A stretch of 62,134 nt of DNA, the filler included, from Globobulimina sp. (lineage: Eukaryota): NCBI GenBank assembly GCA_003354225.1. It is 8 parts of 8 records of this genome, joined end to end, with 100 filler letters (N's around TTAATTAATTAA, not from the genome) between each part and the next. Parts side by side here need not be neighbours in the genome. Positions count along the whole stretch, not along the records: positions 54,493 to 62,134 come from PIVH01000135.1; 7 more parts are not named here. The stretch is one strand, 5' to 3'. Each line of letters opens with the position of its first letter. Position 1 is the first letter of the stretch. Made by a program: the position numbers and the translations under genes. Below, in pieces: positions 60,301 to 62,134 of this stretch. The notes beneath the pieces were generated by a model that saw only the letters and a list, made by a program, of their open reading frames with translations, made no database searches and was not told where the DNA came from.

Positions 60301-62134
60301 CTAAAATTAGAAGTGTTGTATCATGAGGAAATTGATTGTAATGTAGCGACGTGGAATAGCTTAAATGCAGAATGTATGTCGAAATTGAATACATATAAAG
60401 TTCGAGATATTGTATCCAATGGACATGATATCCAAATCTATGGTATTGTAAGGCAACGGGCATTTACTTTAAACCATATGCATGCAATGATATTATATAC
60501 AAGCTACACAGAATGGTGTTCCATATTTTGCAGCATTTTAAGGAATGAAGTTATCGCAGACATTGCCGGCATCGCTAACTGGGCACGATTGCTAATTGAA
60601 TGTGTGCAATGTTACGGTACCGCTCTGTTACCAGGCAGTAAAGAAGTATTTTATCGCGGCGTTGATCGAGACTTTACATTTAAAAAATTTGTGACCCAAT
60701 TCCATGTTCCATTAAGTACCACGACTGAAAAAATTAAAGCTGCAGAATTTGCGAATTTTGCCGATTCGTCAGAGGGTCTTATCATTGAATTGACCAATTA
60801 TAACCGGAGCAATATGATATTTAATGTATTTAAATTTGATTGTTCTTTATTGTCTGCCTTTGCTGAGGAGAGAGAGATATTATTTTTTGGAGGTGATACG
60901 ATTTTGAAAATACAATCAATCATTCGAATTGTGGACAGAAAGTGGATGAATTATATGCATTTTGTTGAGGCAATAAATTATATTTCACGATTAATGAATG
61001 GTTTGTCGCTTAATGTCAAGTTAATATCTAGAATGTGTAAGAGAGCAATGAGACAAATTTTAAACAGTGTAATAATGCCATCACAGCAAGCGAATTTACC
61101 AACCTATGTCGCTGAGAAATTAATAGATTATCATATTGTTAACAGATATAGAGACGTTGAACTACATTATGATGATTTGATGGGTAAATATAGTTGGTTG
61201 AAGAAAATATTTGTAAAGAATGAAGGTGCTGAGAACTGTTTAAATATCTATAATATATGTTGTTTATTTCAGAAAAGTAATAGAATCATTATCGATATGC
61301 CCGACAACTTTGTGACCACCAAAATATTTTGTTTATCAATGATGACTGATCTATTAAAGCTTGTAGACAGTAATTATTGTTTTAACAAATTAGAGCTACA
61401 TTGGCCAACACAAATTCCATTAGAAAGTAAGTTTGAAATTGGTAATTTATTCAGTGATAAAGACACAAAACTATTTCATTTACAAGCCGATTTTTCGTGG
61501 AGCTGGGTTCGAATTATACAACGCCAACAAACGACTGTTGTCAAGCAACTATCAATATTTGTTGATCATGGTATGTATTTGCTAGCTTTTTAGTTGTCAT
61601 TCCAGTGAATTCAATGCATTTTAACAACAGACGTGGAAGATAATGATTTAAGCGATTATCGAGAATACGAAGACGACACATTATTTGAGATAGTACCTCT
61701 GTGTGCATCACAGGGAATGATTGACATTTTGCACAATGATTATGCTCAATATATACCAAAGGAAAACTCAGCTCGGCAATCCTTTACATTAAGACACAAA
61801 ATTATTTCATATTGGCACCAACTTAACGTACATTCGGATTCGTTTCGGATAATGTCAGTGTTACCAATGCCAGTTTTAAATGCAATCTCAATATATATTC
61901 CACCATTCCCTCGTGAAAGATTCTTATTTGATCTGTTACAAATTAATCCAAATGTATTAACATTTCATTTTCGAATCGCCAAACTTGTAAATAAGGAATA
62001 TTGGAAATTTATCAGTTATGTGTATAACCATTATCCCGTGAACTGGAATCAATATATAAATGTTCCATATAAAACATTTGAAGCACAAGTGATTATCGAC
62101 CTGTGTCTATCTGGGCATTATCCTGTCTTTGATT
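57345..62134 (+). CDS. Large protein with FN3 repeats, a UBA-like motif and an ADP-ribosyltransferase-like (R-S-E) domain; introns 57757-57823 and 61571-61630; runs off the window
   Basis: FN3 (W.P...Y...L.PNTRYTFTI); QFCGLT...A..FL.ATNWNL..SIDRYF (UBA-like); LYT...FYRGV...PLSTTT....A.EF...SAFAEEREILFFGG. Both introns are phase-consistent, and the last exon is open to 62134. Confidence 0.75.

Overview
An AT-rich eukaryotic assembly. The window holds eight unrelated contigs of about 7.6-7.7 kb, in decreasing size order, joined by artificial 100-nt linkers (N44-TTAATTAATTAA-N44), so adjacency across linkers is meaningless. Short GT-AG introns, many PT/PS-repeat membrane proteins, SPRY 'GYIR/GFIR' genes and a large ART-domain protein suggest a protist, possibly a foraminiferan/rhizarian (inference only). 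Recognisable host genes are a RAB3GAP2-like gene, USP39/SAD1, a lipoxygenase-like gene, VPS26, an SDR, a GILT-like gene, a SET-domain protein, an APX/CcP peroxidase, SMP-30, acetyl-CoA carboxylase, a SAM-Skp1 fusion, a villin-headpiece protein and glycoside hydrolases. The most interesting content is two divergent members of one tyrosine-recombinase (DIRS-order) retrotransposon family, on contigs 2 and 7. In both, a phase-1 splice donor at the end of ORF1 matches three phase-1 acceptors, at homologous positions, that open the Gag-zinc-finger, RT/RNaseH and recombinase exons. This suggests a one-donor/three-acceptor alternative-splicing expression strategy. Both elements also share an HIDD RT motif, a YxxR recombinase motif and a conserved structured 3' element. 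Contig 7 is a circular permutation of one element unit, consistent with a circle or a tandem array.
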